Shown: positions 30,355 to 41,600 of the stretch, piece after piece | How positions within the stretch are numbered: position 1 is the stretch's first letter | Layout of the letters: each line of letters starts with the position of its first letter | From: a virus | Virus record (IMG/VR): IMGVR_UViG_3300025652_000032 | Location: 64,030-128,029 of that record | Strand: one strand, 5' to 3' | DNA length: 64,000 nt | The notes under the pieces: model-generated | Database searches by the model: none | Seen by the model: only the letters and a program-made list of their open reading frames with translations | What the model was told of the DNA's origin: nothing | Translations under genes and position numbers: made by a program

Positions 30355-32588
30355 TAATACCCTCCACCCGGCACATCAATCGGATTACCACCACCACCAC
30401 CACTGCCACTACCTGAATCATTTTGTCCACCACCGCCTGCACCGCCACCGCCTCCACCGCTACCGGGTGGATCTGAGTCTGGACCATCGGTTCCGCCTCC
30501 GCCGCCTCCGTCACCACCTCCACCGCTACCGGGTGGATCAGTTGGTGGTTCTACTGGATCGGAAATTACAGTTCCTTCTACAACATCTTCTCCGCCTTGA
30601 CCACTATCTGCGTTCGAACTACTACCATCACCACTAACGAATACAGATGACGGTAATGTGTTTACTATTGTGCTGTCTGCACCAGTCGGTACTTGATACC
30701 CATCTAATCCAACCGCGAGAGAAGACGGAACACGATCAAAGCGTTCCTTGCGGAGTGCCTTTGTCGTTATATTGACTTTGATTGCGTCAGTATCATCTTC
30801 GTCGTAAGTTAAAATGAGATTGTTGGTTGAAAGAATATCCTGATCATCTGGAATTGCTGTAAAGCGAATGACTTCACTTTCATCATCAATCGACACAGGA
30901 ACAAAGTTGGATGATAGAGTTATTCTACCTTTACCGTAGTTTACCGTACCGACATTCGAGTTAAGGATCTTCTTGGTTCCCTTCTCAAAGTAAAGGAGAC
31001 GAATGAACCCGCGACCATCATCCTCTGCAAATGCAGTCTGCATCTTACCATTTAGATCTACATGCTGAAAGAAAGTAGAAGTGATTACTGGCATATGTCC
31101 ATCATGTGGATGGAAGAGTGGATTCTTGAAGTTGATTGTGTATCCTGTAGAGGCACCCAGTGTTGGATATAGCCATTTTTGAATTCGTATGGTTGTCTGG
31201 TTTCCTAGAATAGAATCTTCTGTGTTGTCAATTCTTTCTAGCAATTTAGAGAACACCATGTCCTGTTCGAATTTTTCTAGATTGGTGTCGATGTATGAAA
31301 TGATATTCGACTTTGCGAGAATGTTTAGTGCTTGTGGAGACAGTAAAGTTTTATCTGGATTGTAAAGAAGTTCTGTGTCAATCAACAGATAAAGATATTC
31401 TGGATCAATAACTTCTGGTATTATACTAACTAGATTTTTACTCTTAATGATGTCACGAACAATAGTTCTCTTGGCACTTGCATTCAGATACTTACCACTT
31501 TCTGGTTTTATAGAAATGAATACTTTGCCATATTGGGGCGGAGTTTCTTGCTCACCACCATATACATTAATAGTTTCAACATCCGCATATTCTTTTGCAA
31601 CAAGAGTTTCATAGTCGTTTGCAGTGACTGCTCGATCCTGTGCTTGATATGTTCGAGGCGCAAAATATTTGATATCTTTAATTGTTTCTGGATCTGAACC
31701 ACCAGAAGAAAAGTCTACTGTTTCAATATAGGCATTACCTGAGATAGAAAACCCTCGATTTGAGGTGGACTCATTTCTTCCGATTCCATTTGCAGCAGAT
31801 CCTGAAGTAGAAAGATATGTAACAGTAATTAAATTGCCATCTGTAAGTTCTTGTCCGACAATTCCATCACCAAAATATATTTCAAAAAAGTTGTCTTTTG
31901 ATTCCTGTAAAAACCATACTTTATCTGTTGACTTGTAGTCTGTGAAGTTTGTTCCCTCTGACCATACATCAAAGTATCCAGTCCGATCTGTTGATGATGT
32001 CTGTACATTGATTACAACATGGTTGGTGTCCACATTGACATCCGGAATTGTAAACATCTTGTTTGTAACAGTGGAATCGTAAACAAAAGATATCGTTCTT
32101 CTTGTACCTTCATAGATTGATACATTGGGTGCAATACCGTTGCCAGAATTGTCTGAGTTAGTATCTTCCTCAATCAACACTGGTGTTTCATTTTGGAAGG
32201 TATAATCTACTCCGTTTTCTCCCTTGGCAGAAAACGTAGTGAATGCAGGCAAATAAGTGCCGGATACATAAGTCGTGTTATATTTTACATTTACAGTCGC
32301 AAATGATGCCTTCTTTGATGTTGGTGTGTATCCAAGATGCTTTGCGAGAGAGACAACAGAGTCTCGCATGACTGCACTATCCAAGAACATTTCATTCGCA
32401 ACCATGTTTGCGTAGAAACCCATGTAGTGGGTATTGTATGAAAGCACGTCAAGAAGAACTGATAATCCAGATCCCTCGAAGTCATAATCTTTGAATACGT
32501 TCTGAGACTTCAAATACGTCTTAAGAGATTCTTTGATATCCAGAAAGTCTAATTCTGTTAATTCAAGATTTCTATCGTTGGTTGCCAT
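30354..32588 (-). CDS. gp6: Baseplate wedge subunit with an acidic Gly/Pro-rich C-terminal tail
   Basis: 744 aa; LDFLDIKESLK.YL, DYDFEGSGLSVLLDVLSYNTHY, ANEMFLDSA..RDSVVSLAK.LGY and APRTYQAQDRAVTANDY motifs. Confidence 0.93.
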   Translation of the reverse strand: MATNDRNLELTELDFLDIKESLKTYLKSQNVFKDYDFEGSGLSVLLDVLSYNTHYMGFYANMVANEMFLDSAVMRDSVVSLAKHLGYTPTSKKASFATVNVKYNTTYVSGTYLPAFTTFSAKGENGVDYTFQNETPVLIEEDTNSDNSGNGIAPNVSIYEGTRRTISFVYDSTVTNKMFTIPDVNVDTNHVVINVQTSSTDRTGYFDVWSEGTNFTDYKSTDKVWFLQESKDNFFEIYFGDGIVGQELTDGNLITVTYLSTSGSAANGIGRNESTSNRGFSISGNAYIETVDFSSGGSDPETIKDIKYFAPRTYQAQDRAVTANDYETLVAKEYADVETINVYGGEQETPPQYGKVFISIKPESGKYLNASAKRTIVRDIIKSKNLVSIIPEVIDPEYLYLLIDTELLYNPDKTLLSPQALNILAKSNIISYIDTNLEKFEQDMVFSKLLERIDNTEDSILGNQTTIRIQKWLYPTLGASTGYTINFKNPLFHPHDGHMPVITSTFFQHVDLNGKMQTAFAEDDGRGFIRLLYFEKGTKKILNSNVGTVNYGKGRITLSSNFVPVSIDDESEVIRFTAIPDDQDILSTNNLILTYDEDDTDAIKVNITTKALRKERFDRVPSSLAVGLDGYQVPTGADSTIVNTLPSSVFVSGDGSSSNADSGQGGEDVVEGTVISDPVEPPTDPPGSGGGGDGGGGGGTDGPDSDPPGSGGGGGGAGGGGQNDSGSGSGGGGGNPIDVPGGGY
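30451..30539. repeat. 23-nt perfect direct repeat in the gp6 tail (DPPGSGGG twice)
   Basis: CCTCCACCGCTACCGGGTGGATC at 30451-30473 and 30517-30539. Confidence 0.85.
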
Positions 32589-32980
32589 TATCGTAATCTC
32601 TCCAGTGCAAGATTCAAGGTTTCGATTCTGTCGTCGTTGGCCAACCTAAAGGTTATAGTACAAAGCATATTTTGCGTTTCTGCTACTATTGCCACAGTAA
32701 CATCTTGTACTACTGCTCTGGGTTCAAAATCTTGAATGACTTGTTTTATTCTGTCTTTTGTTTCGATGACCGCAAATGGTCCTGCTAATTCAAATAGTTG
32801 ATCTGTTATTCCACCGAAGATTCCCGGTTGAAATGGTCTTTCGTATTTGTTTGTGAGAACTAAATTTCGTATTGATCTTTTTACTGCTTCGTAATTAGTT
32901 TTACGCGGAACATCTCCTGTAATGGGGTTCCGAGTAAACGAAAGATCTAGATCTGAAAATTTGTATTTTTTATCTCTCAT
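32588..32980 (-). CDS. gp25: Baseplate wedge subunit
   Basis: 130 aa; FSDLDLSF..NP.TGDV, AVKRSIRNLVLT...ERPF and FEPRA motifs; precedes gp6. Confidence 0.92.
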   Translation of the reverse strand: MRDKKYKFSDLDLSFTRNPITGDVPRKTNYEAVKRSIRNLVLTNKYERPFQPGIFGGITDQLFELAGPFAVIETKDRIKQVIQDFEPRAVVQDVTVAIVAETQNMLCTITFRLANDDRIETLNLALERLR

Positions 32981-32984
32981 ATGT

Positions 32985-33632
32985 CTATTTATCTGCCTGA
33001 AGTGTAAGATGTGTAGAAATCTTACGAACTGACTCGTCGATTATATTCTCAACAACTCTCTCATCAATAGCATCTACTTTATCGGTTGCACACCACTGGA
33101 ACATGACAAAACCAGTGATGAGTCCGTGGTGCTTCAATGGTTGTACAGAGAATGCCAGAACATTGTGTAACTCTAGAAAGTTCTTACAATACGAACTTTC
33201 ATCTTCTTCACGCCAATCCCTATCCAGATAAACTACGGACGGTGTGTCTTTCTTTATCTGCCGAAGCAAAGAAACGCACATGGAGATTAGGATGTTTTGA
33301 AGTTTCTCACCACAACTAGAAATACCATAACGAAGCGACTCATGTGAGGTAGACATTTTTTTCACACCAGAACCGTCGAGAAAATATTCCCCGTTGTGGA
33401 ACTGAATAATCATTGCCCTTGCGGCATCTACTTTCGTTCGTGCCTCCGTGAGTGCTTCATGTACTTCGCTGTGCATATCCCATAGTTGATCGTTTGCCCG
33501 GCGGTTTGTTTTGCCGGTTAGTAATCTTTTGAGTGTCTGCTTTAACGTCCATGTTATACCCATACCGATCAGAGCAATCACGATTCCAAGTTCAACATAA
33601 AAACCGAGATCAACTGATTTTAATAAGTCCAT
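32985..33632 (-). CDS. Probable T-type holin (single N-terminal TM plus soluble GAF-like domain)
   Basis: 215 aa with one TM (ELGIVIALIGMGITW), then IIQFHNG...KMSTSHE. Size and topology resemble T4 holin T (218 aa). Confidence 0.5.
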   Translation of the reverse strand: MDLLKSVDLGFYVELGIVIALIGMGITWTLKQTLKRLLTGKTNRRANDQLWDMHSEVHEALTEARTKVDAARAMIIQFHNGEYFLDGSGVKKMSTSHESLRYGISSCGEKLQNILISMCVSLLRQIKKDTPSVVYLDRDWREEDESSYCKNFLELHNVLAFSVQPLKHHGLITGFVMFQWCATDKVDAIDERVVENIIDESVRKISTHLTLQADK

Positions 33633-33675
33633 ATGTACAACAATCCTTAACTTATATTATTTTGAGATGTAGTAG

Positions 33676-33683
33676 TATTTATA
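33676..33683 (-). promoter_or_regulatory. T4 late promoter TATAAATA
   Basis: Exact consensus in the intergenic gap, 44 nt upstream of the holin-like ATG. Confidence 0.75.
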
Positions 33684-33708
33684 CATCCGGCACATCGTGT
33701 TTTATACT

Positions 33709-36700
33709 TTAGTCGTCAAAATCGATTCTAATTACGATATTAGAGAGTATGCCACTTCCGGGACGGAACTCGCCATTCTGATCCATGAATGATGCCTGCA
33801 TGTCTTCATGCAGGTGTAGGAAGAAATCATTCTTACCACCGGCCTGATCTTCGAATGGTATTTCTAGATGGATTGATTCATTGAACGGAGTTACAGCATG
33901 TATTCCCTTATCACAGTTATCTGGGAAACCCATGTTTCCGTTGGTTGAAGACAACATTGTCAGCGCCATGTGCCAACCAAAATCGATCGAGGGTCGCCCT
34001 GGAATCAATGAACATCCAGCGATACCAGGTCCATTTTGTCCTCGAACATAAGGACTAGATCCGTCTTCGGGTGGAGTTCCGGCCGGATCAAGACGCAAAT
34101 CTCCAAATATGTGGATTGTTCCGCTGCCCTGTATGAATTGTCCGTTTGGGTTTCCAAAGACTCGACCGGGCATCAATCCCTCATTGAAAACAGGTGAGGT
34201 GAATGCGTCCGGATTGTCGAAGAGATCTTCTGTTATGAACACATGTGAGTGATCCATAGTAGGATTGGCACCATCTTCTGTACCCCAACCATTCATCATA
34301 CCACCGGGAAGTTTTTCTAGATCCGGGTAATTTGTTATTGTTATACTTCGTTCGGTGGACTGACTTTGTTCCTCTGCCAGATCTAAATCTTTGCCCGGAG
34401 TCATGGTGAATGAAAATGATATTGGTACATTTGCAGTCCAATTTTTCACGGTATCATTCAAATGTACACGCAGTGCATCATCTGTAGTCTTTCCTGCCGT
34501 TGTTTTTGTGTGATAACCAGAAGGTGCCGGGACAGACCAACCAACAGGAAGATCATTTTGATCTCGTCCACCATTGCAATACGTTAACAGATCATCAACA
34601 TCTCCGAATTTACCAAGTTGTGGTTGATCTATTAATGTTTGTTCGCTGGGAGGCCAAAAGAAATTACCATTTTGTGTTGGAGTTTGTCCTGTCTGTGGAT
34701 ATAAAGGATCGGTCCCTGGTCCAGAAACGAGTCTATCAATGTAATCCACTTTGTTCGAACTGAAAGATATTTCAGTTCCTAGTGGATTAAAATGTCTATG
34801 TCCTATTGTTACTTTATCTCCGGAAATGAAAACTTCTCTTTTCCAAGAACCATTTTTATCCGTCTCAAAAAGATCTCCATATGAAGTATTACGAATTGGG
34901 ATATTACCATCGCCATTATATCTGTTTGTATTTTTTCTGGCCTGGTCGTTCTGAACATATTGAGAATCGCCACTATAATACCCACGACCCATGATTGTTA
35001 TTGGTAACGTCATATAGATGTCATCCCACACAACTGTTCTCTTAGGAACTATTGTAACTGTACATTCAACATTATCCTCAGTAAAAACATACCGTCTTTC
35101 GATATATCCTATTCCCCCTTGCTGTGCTACTTCATCGAAAGTGGGGTTTGTTGAAGAATTCCATGCTAAAAGTGATGGTTGTGTTAAGAAATTTCTATTG
35201 AAGTGTTGTTTGTGTATGAATGTTCCGATCAAATCACCAGAACCTTCAATCCACTGTGCAGTTGCATTATCTGAACCGGGTTCTGCCCAAGCATAACCAC
35301 ATCCATCTGCATCTATTGCATCATTCCACACTTGACCTAGATTTGGATCGGTGATATCGGTATCTCGTTTGTACCGTTTCATATAAATTTGATTAGAACC
35401 CAACCATCCTTTTCGACGGCCACACAAAACAGATCCATTTTCCGGTGTTGTGAAGAGACTAAATCCACCACCAGCAGATGCAGTCAATGCCCACATATAC
35501 TCTGGATCGTGATCATTGTTTCTGCGGTTGTTCCAATCTGTATTTTGGTTAGCCAGATTCCAACCATCAGCATGAATATGACAGTAATACTTATTTGTCT
35601 TTACAGATATCGAACCGATGTCCTGTCGTGTTTCTGGATTTGGTGCAACATTTTTCTGATTTGTATAAACAGTAGAATCATTATTCCAATATCGCCGGAA
35701 CGTCGGCCATAATTTTACAAATGGAGTTTCGGAGTGGGCAGGTAAAGGTTCGGGTAGTTCATCAGAAATATTTTCTGGGGAAATTCCTGAAATGGCGTAT
35801 GATGCACCTTGGGAAAATGACAATGTATCATCATCTTTATCGAACCATTGCATTCCCGCTGCTCTCGGGACTGCTATTGTAGAAGATGGATTAGTTCCAG
35901 TTCCATCTAATCCAACCAAAGCACCTCCATTGGTTGTAAATGGTTCTCTGAATCTAGTCGGAGAATATGGGTTATCATTCGATGGTAACATTTTTTCTTG
36001 AACCCATATTCTCTTTTCATCAAATGAAGTTCCGTCGCCCGCGTTCACATCAAGATCGAACGAGACACCATATGGATCTGGAATATTGTTTTGCCACTTG
36101 CGGTATATGTCATTCCAATTCTCATAGTTTCTTCCAGTGACCCACGCAACCAAAGTCTGACATGCGTTCATCTCTGGTATCTCTATTGTGTCACCATACG
36201 CGGAACCAATGAACTCCAAAAATCGCCGGGGTGAAGTTCCCCATTGTGCGCCATCAACTCTTGAATTAAAGTCGTGGGATCCATTAAGAGAACCATCTGG
36301 TTCGATAACTATTGTGTGGTTCCAATAATCAGTAAGATCGTTTATCTGACTTTCAAGATCACGAAGAGATAATTCAGTTATACCAAGAACATCTGAACCT
36401 TCATTATTTTCTATAATGGTATCTCGTCTTCTTAGTAAATATCCTCGAACCTCAGTCAAAGAATAGATTGCAAATGCACAGTAAATATTATCGTATCCAC
36501 CGGACTCTTGCCAGGTTGGATGATTGTGGTTGTATCGATTGTCTGATATCTTTATGTTTCGTAACATTAAGTAATCTATCGAACTATCGTTAAAACATGC
36601 GGATGCCTTGGCCATAGCAATCCATGCATGTACCCATTGATTATGAGCAGAACATATGAGATATCCCGCATATCGTTCGAGGTGATGCATGATACCAGTT

Positions 36701-38670
36701 TTTATAATCTCTTTAACTCGAACCGCATCTTCACCAACAAAGATATCATCCTCTGTTGTGCCAATATCTGCCCATACATCCAAAAGAGGAATGATTGTAT
36801 TTGTAGTGAATGCGATTGCTCCGCCTCTGTAATCATCATTCCAGTAGACGCTATCACCATTTTGATCGAATGTCATCAACTGGTGTATTAGTGCAAGCAC
36901 AACTCTGTTGCGAATTCCTACATTCTTGTATAACGGATTAGCATCTCGAAGGAAACCAAGTCCAAGATCTTCTCGACCCTCGCCGAGTGAGTACATTCTT
37001 GTTAAGTGTCTAGCGAGATTAGATGAAACAAGTAATCTTGGGAACTCCTGATCTTTCCAGTATGAGTAGATGTTTCCTGAAGAATCATGAAGATATCTAA
37101 ACACACTAGAGTATGGGTTTCCTAGTTGATTTGGATCAGTTCCACCTTCCTCCTTGATTTCTTCATGTGTATTTTTATGCCAATTCCAAAATGTTCCAAA
37201 CCACGGAGAAGTTGGATCCATGTTTTGTTCATATATGTGACATGGTAAAAATTCAAACAGTCCCGCCTTTACTACAGCGTTACTGAGTCTGTTTATCTTG
37301 TCCTCGCCCCAATACTTTGTATTTTCCCATTCGATTACCCCGGCGTCGGGGTTGAAATTATCGGTAATATCTTGAAGAATATTGCTGCGTATAGATTCCT
37401 GCATCGCTCCTGCATAGTCCCAGTCATCACCTTCCGGATCTATGCCTGGTCTACCAATCCAATAAGGATCATCTTGTGTGTTTACTAGACCCTGATCAAG
37501 AACATTCAACTTGTAGGATCGTCTTGCCTGTTGTAAAAACGACCATGCTGTCTTCTGGTTAGAATTTAAGAAGGTGATTCTCTTTGAGTCCCACGGGTAG
37601 ACCTCCAGTTCTTCGTCCCAGATATAACTGATACCATTGTTCAGTCGTATTGCAGTATTTCTATCAGAGCAAAGAATTAAGGGAACATCAGTCGCACCTT
37701 GTCTATTATAATTTGTTGGTAAGTTGTAGTCACTCGTTACTTCATTCACATTTTCTGTTGCTTCGTGTGTTTCCAGTAACAGACCGTGTGCATGATCTGC
37801 ATCTGATGTATCTCCATCATCAAGATTAATCCAATCTATCCTGTACACTTGCCTAAACAGTGAAGGATCGTTCTTGAGATATTCTGGTCCAGAAATAGAA
37901 TAGTCGAGATTCAATGATGGGGTATTATTTACTTCATGTATTTTCCATGAACGTCTTCTATCTCCGTCTGGTTCTGTCTCCCGTTCCATCGTAATTTCTT
38001 TTAAAAGGACATCATCACCACCGACCACATCTTTAAATATCTTCACGTTAAATCCAGCAGAACCGTCAGAGAACCCTCTTCCCTGAATCCATTGTTTGAG
38101 TCCTGCATTGGGATCGGTATCATCAATGATTCCCGGTGGCAAAGAACAGAAATAAACAGATCCACTTTTTGCAAAAACATCATTCAACAGGCATAGATCG
38201 GTAAATCCCATGTCACCTTTCCACCCGTATGGTAAAGGTGGATCTAAACTTAGATCCACCGAAGACATTCTACCTTCGCTGTTTATCGTTGTGTATGATG
38301 TGATTATTCTTATTTGATACACACCACCAGTTTCAGACGCAGGAACAGAAATTGAAATTATACCCGGTTCGTTCGCGTCTGGATAAATTAATTCGTGATT
38401 AGGATAAATCAATGGGCCACTATCGGTTGCGTTTGGAGCAGACGCACCATGAAACACATTCGGATCCTTATAGTCTACACTCTCAAAGTATTCTTTGTAT
38501 AGGATTTTCCCATCAGGGTCTAAAACTTCAACATTAAATGAAGGTGCAGTGTTCCACCAGTTTGGTTCAAATGTTAGGGCAGCATCAAAGGCATATCCAC
38601 TTTCATTGTCAACGAAGAATGAATAACCATATGAAGGTATAGAATGTCGTGTTTCTGTTCTTTCTGCCAT
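33709..38670 (-). CDS. Giant hypothetical protein; possible polysaccharide-lyase-like (alpha-toroid plus beta-sandwich) enzyme
   Basis: 1653-aa ORF; helical region with HNQW...QESGGYD, followed by a beta-rich region. The ORF is secure; the function is inference. Confidence 0.45.
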   Translation of the reverse strand: MAERTETRHSIPSYGYSFFVDNESGYAFDAALTFEPNWWNTAPSFNVEVLDPDGKILYKEYFESVDYKDPNVFHGASAPNATDSGPLIYPNHELIYPDANEPGIISISVPASETGGVYQIRIITSYTTINSEGRMSSVDLSLDPPLPYGWKGDMGFTDLCLLNDVFAKSGSVYFCSLPPGIIDDTDPNAGLKQWIQGRGFSDGSAGFNVKIFKDVVGGDDVLLKEITMERETEPDGDRRRSWKIHEVNNTPSLNLDYSISGPEYLKNDPSLFRQVYRIDWINLDDGDTSDADHAHGLLLETHEATENVNEVTSDYNLPTNYNRQGATDVPLILCSDRNTAIRLNNGISYIWDEELEVYPWDSKRITFLNSNQKTAWSFLQQARRSYKLNVLDQGLVNTQDDPYWIGRPGIDPEGDDWDYAGAMQESIRSNILQDITDNFNPDAGVIEWENTKYWGEDKINRLSNAVVKAGLFEFLPCHIYEQNMDPTSPWFGTFWNWHKNTHEEIKEEGGTDPNQLGNPYSSVFRYLHDSSGNIYSYWKDQEFPRLLVSSNLARHLTRMYSLGEGREDLGLGFLRDANPLYKNVGIRNRVVLALIHQLMTFDQNGDSVYWNDDYRGGAIAFTTNTIIPLLDVWADIGTTEDDIFVGEDAVRVKEIIKTGIMHHLERYAGYLICSAHNQWVHAWIAMAKASACFNDSSIDYLMLRNIKISDNRYNHNHPTWQESGGYDNIYCAFAIYSLTEVRGYLLRRRDTIIENNEGSDVLGITELSLRDLESQINDLTDYWNHTIVIEPDGSLNGSHDFNSRVDGAQWGTSPRRFLEFIGSAYGDTIEIPEMNACQTLVAWVTGRNYENWNDIYRKWQNNIPDPYGVSFDLDVNAGDGTSFDEKRIWVQEKMLPSNDNPYSPTRFREPFTTNGGALVGLDGTGTNPSSTIAVPRAAGMQWFDKDDDTLSFSQGASYAISGISPENISDELPEPLPAHSETPFVKLWPTFRRYWNNDSTVYTNQKNVAPNPETRQDIGSISVKTNKYYCHIHADGWNLANQNTDWNNRRNNDHDPEYMWALTASAGGGFSLFTTPENGSVLCGRRKGWLGSNQIYMKRYKRDTDITDPNLGQVWNDAIDADGCGYAWAEPGSDNATAQWIEGSGDLIGTFIHKQHFNRNFLTQPSLLAWNSSTNPTFDEVAQQGGIGYIERRYVFTEDNVECTVTIVPKRTVVWDDIYMTLPITIMGRGYYSGDSQYVQNDQARKNTNRYNGDGNIPIRNTSYGDLFETDKNGSWKREVFISGDKVTIGHRHFNPLGTEISFSSNKVDYIDRLVSGPGTDPLYPQTGQTPTQNGNFFWPPSEQTLIDQPQLGKFGDVDDLLTYCNGGRDQNDLPVGWSVPAPSGYHTKTTAGKTTDDALRVHLNDTVKNWTANVPISFSFTMTPGKDLDLAEEQSQSTERSITITNYPDLEKLPGGMMNGWGTEDGANPTMDHSHVFITEDLFDNPDAFTSPVFNEGLMPGRVFGNPNGQFIQGSGTIHIFGDLRLDPAGTPPEDGSSPYVRGQNGPGIAGCSLIPGRPSIDFGWHMALTMLSSTNGNMGFPDNCDKGIHAVTPFNESIHLEIPFEDQAGGKNDFFLHLHEDMQASFMDQNGEFRPGSGILSNIVIRIDFDD

Positions 38671-38677
38671 ACTCTAT

Positions 38678-41600
38678 TTATCCTTGTTCTACTAATTCTA
38701 TTTCGTTCATGAGAGTGTCTAATTTACCTTCGAACAGATCTAGTTCCCCACTCAAGGCGTGCCAAACTATGAAGTTATCTGCATAGTCTCGTAGATTATT
38801 AACCTCGATGGCATTAAGTTCGACTGCCGACTCGTTCACATGAGGACCGCCTTCGTATTCAAACGCTATGATTGGAATAACAGGTTTCACTTCACCGTGT
38901 AACTCAAACAAAGCATCGCACGCTTCTTTTACCATATCTGTCCGAACACCATCGACTGTTCTTGTATGAACCGACGATTCTCTGTCATTTCGGTGGTATA
39001 GAGTAGGACACAAGTAATCTACTGCATCGTATAAACTTTGACCATTCCATTCAACTTGTGAACAGAATTTTTGGATATCCAGAGATCGTTCTTGTTCTCC
39101 GGGGATCGCTGCTCTCTGTGCATCTGAGAATCTCCAGATTCCTATGTTTATGTTTGGGCAGTGTTGCTTGAAGATTTGAATTCTTCGGACAAGTCCTTCG
39201 CAAAATGTAGTCAGTTTAGCAGCAAAATCTGGTTCAGTAATAGGATCAAAAGATGTATCTTCCAGTCGTGGAGGATCCATAAGAAAACCGAAGTTCAGGG
39301 GGTGTTCTATGTCTAACTGAACATATCCGGTGCTGGCGGCGTTAAGGTAAGTATTCCTGACAACATTGTGTCTACCGTCTATCGAATTTAACGTAGTGTT
39401 CCTAAATCTATCAAATATTTCTTGATCCGTTTTGTTTGCGTATATAGCAAGATCCTCATCATCACATACTGGTAAGTTCCTACAAGTGGCCTCTGCTGCC
39501 CAATCACTAAGGAAGAACATGGAGTGTGGATCACCATTCAAAATTTCATCTGGAACAAATGCGGCCTGGTTTGTCCCTGCACCAATTCTATCACGCAAAG
39601 TGTGTGGTCTTGGTCTTTCGGTGATCAGGTTATTAGAAAGATCCTGAACAAATCCAAAGAACATATCTGACGTAACTCTTTGATTGGTGGTTCCATCGAG
39701 GTATCCACCACTCTCCATGAAGAACCTACCACCAACGCTAACAACTATACCGGCCTGATGATAGTCGTACATAATCTGTTTCATCACAGTCCATCCACGC
39801 TGTCTGATAACCTTTGCGGTAGCATAACTTGTGATTCCGTCGTTCCACTGAAACACACAGTGTACTTCGCTGGTTGCAGGATTAAACGAAGAACCGAATT
39901 CTCCAATTTGCTGGTTGCCATCATTAAACCAAACTTTACCACCAACAGGTTCTCCAATAATTCCGTTCGTACCACTAGTTCCATAGGTATCGAGATTGTT
40001 ATCAGCACCAACATAACCCCACCATGAACCAAAGTAGGCCCACATAGCACCCGCAGTATATGATTGATCGTTGTTCTGATCAGCAGATGTCCACGGTACA
40101 GGATCCTTTGGATTTATACCGTAGTTTAAAGCGACTGCTTCGGTGAAAGTCCGCACACCATAATTTTCCTTAAACAGATTATGAAGATCTGTGTTGCCCT
40201 GTCTTATGCCTACTTCCTTATCTCCAACACCTGTATTATACATCCCACCAGAGTTCATATACATCAATGTGCCTGTATCGAGTCCAATGCTGTCAAAACC
40301 TAGAGTCTTACAACCCGCAACTTCTAGGCCCCACCAATCATCAAATCCCTCAACAGAATATGAGTATCCAGGTCTTTCTCCATCAAATCCAACATCAGGA
40401 GTATACGCCGGAGAATCTCCTTCACCAGACCACCGATCTCCACCGCTACCTCGATTGCTTTGCTTAGAAACACCAAGAAGACTACGATCAACTTGCGTCA
40501 TTGATTTATCAGTGTATGTGGGACGATAACCAGTATAAGCAACAACCTGTTGATCTTGGAGGGGAACTGAATTCGCTGCAAGTTCGTTTCGAAGGAAACT
40601 GATTGCTGCCGTCCATGAGGCCTTATTATCTCCGGGTGTACCGGCCGGGATTGAATTTGGATCACTAAAACCATTACTGCCATTATTAGTGAATGGTGTC
40701 GGTGATATATGAAAATCTGTTCCTAGTTGATTTAGGTATACCTTTGCTTCTGTGAGTTCTAGTCCAGAAAATGGATTCGATGGAAAGTGTGGTTGGAATA
40801 CAGCAGGAGAATTGCCACCACCTGCATCATATGTTGTCCAACCCTGAATATTTGTAAAACTGTATCGTTTATAACCTAGTGGAATAAGATCTCTAGTTTG
40901 ATTTCTGACCCACAAGAGACGACCATTTTTCTGTACATTATTGAAATCTGCTTCTGGAGATCCGGCAAGAGGTGTTCTTCTATATCCGATTGATGCAACA
41001 CCCCAACGCTCTCTATCGCCTCTTTCTGATCTTGCAGCACCATACGCTTCTGCATACAACGGCCGGCGATCTGGTGTGAAAAATTGTTCTGTACCCCCGC
41101 CTCGGGGAATGTTTGTGTAGTCTTTGTTTTTGTTATATTGTCCATACGCCCTATACTCAGCATAATTTTGTTTATCAGATTCTGTTGGGGGTGTGCTGTA
41201 AGGTGTACCAAACCCATCAACAACAGAACTTAGTGCATTTATTCTGTTGATATCATTATCAGATCCACTGTAGTTAAATATTGCACTGTCGATTCCGAAC
41301 TGATAGAACCTTTGTAAGTTGATATTTGTGTTGTTTGTGATGTACTCTTGTATATACAACCACACACACAATGGAATAGTTGAAACTACTCCCTGCTCTG
41401 GGGGTGTTGTAATTAGGGAAAAATCACTTTCGTTGTAGTATGGTTTGCTCACCAAGTCTGGTTCAGACTTCCAGTCTTCACATGCAACATTAAACAGATC
41501 ATATGATGTGTTGAACTGCCCACTCGCCATTATAGTATTTTTTCCGGGAGTTCCAAATGCTTCAATAGCATCTATCAAGGCCATCCAAGAATCAATTTCA

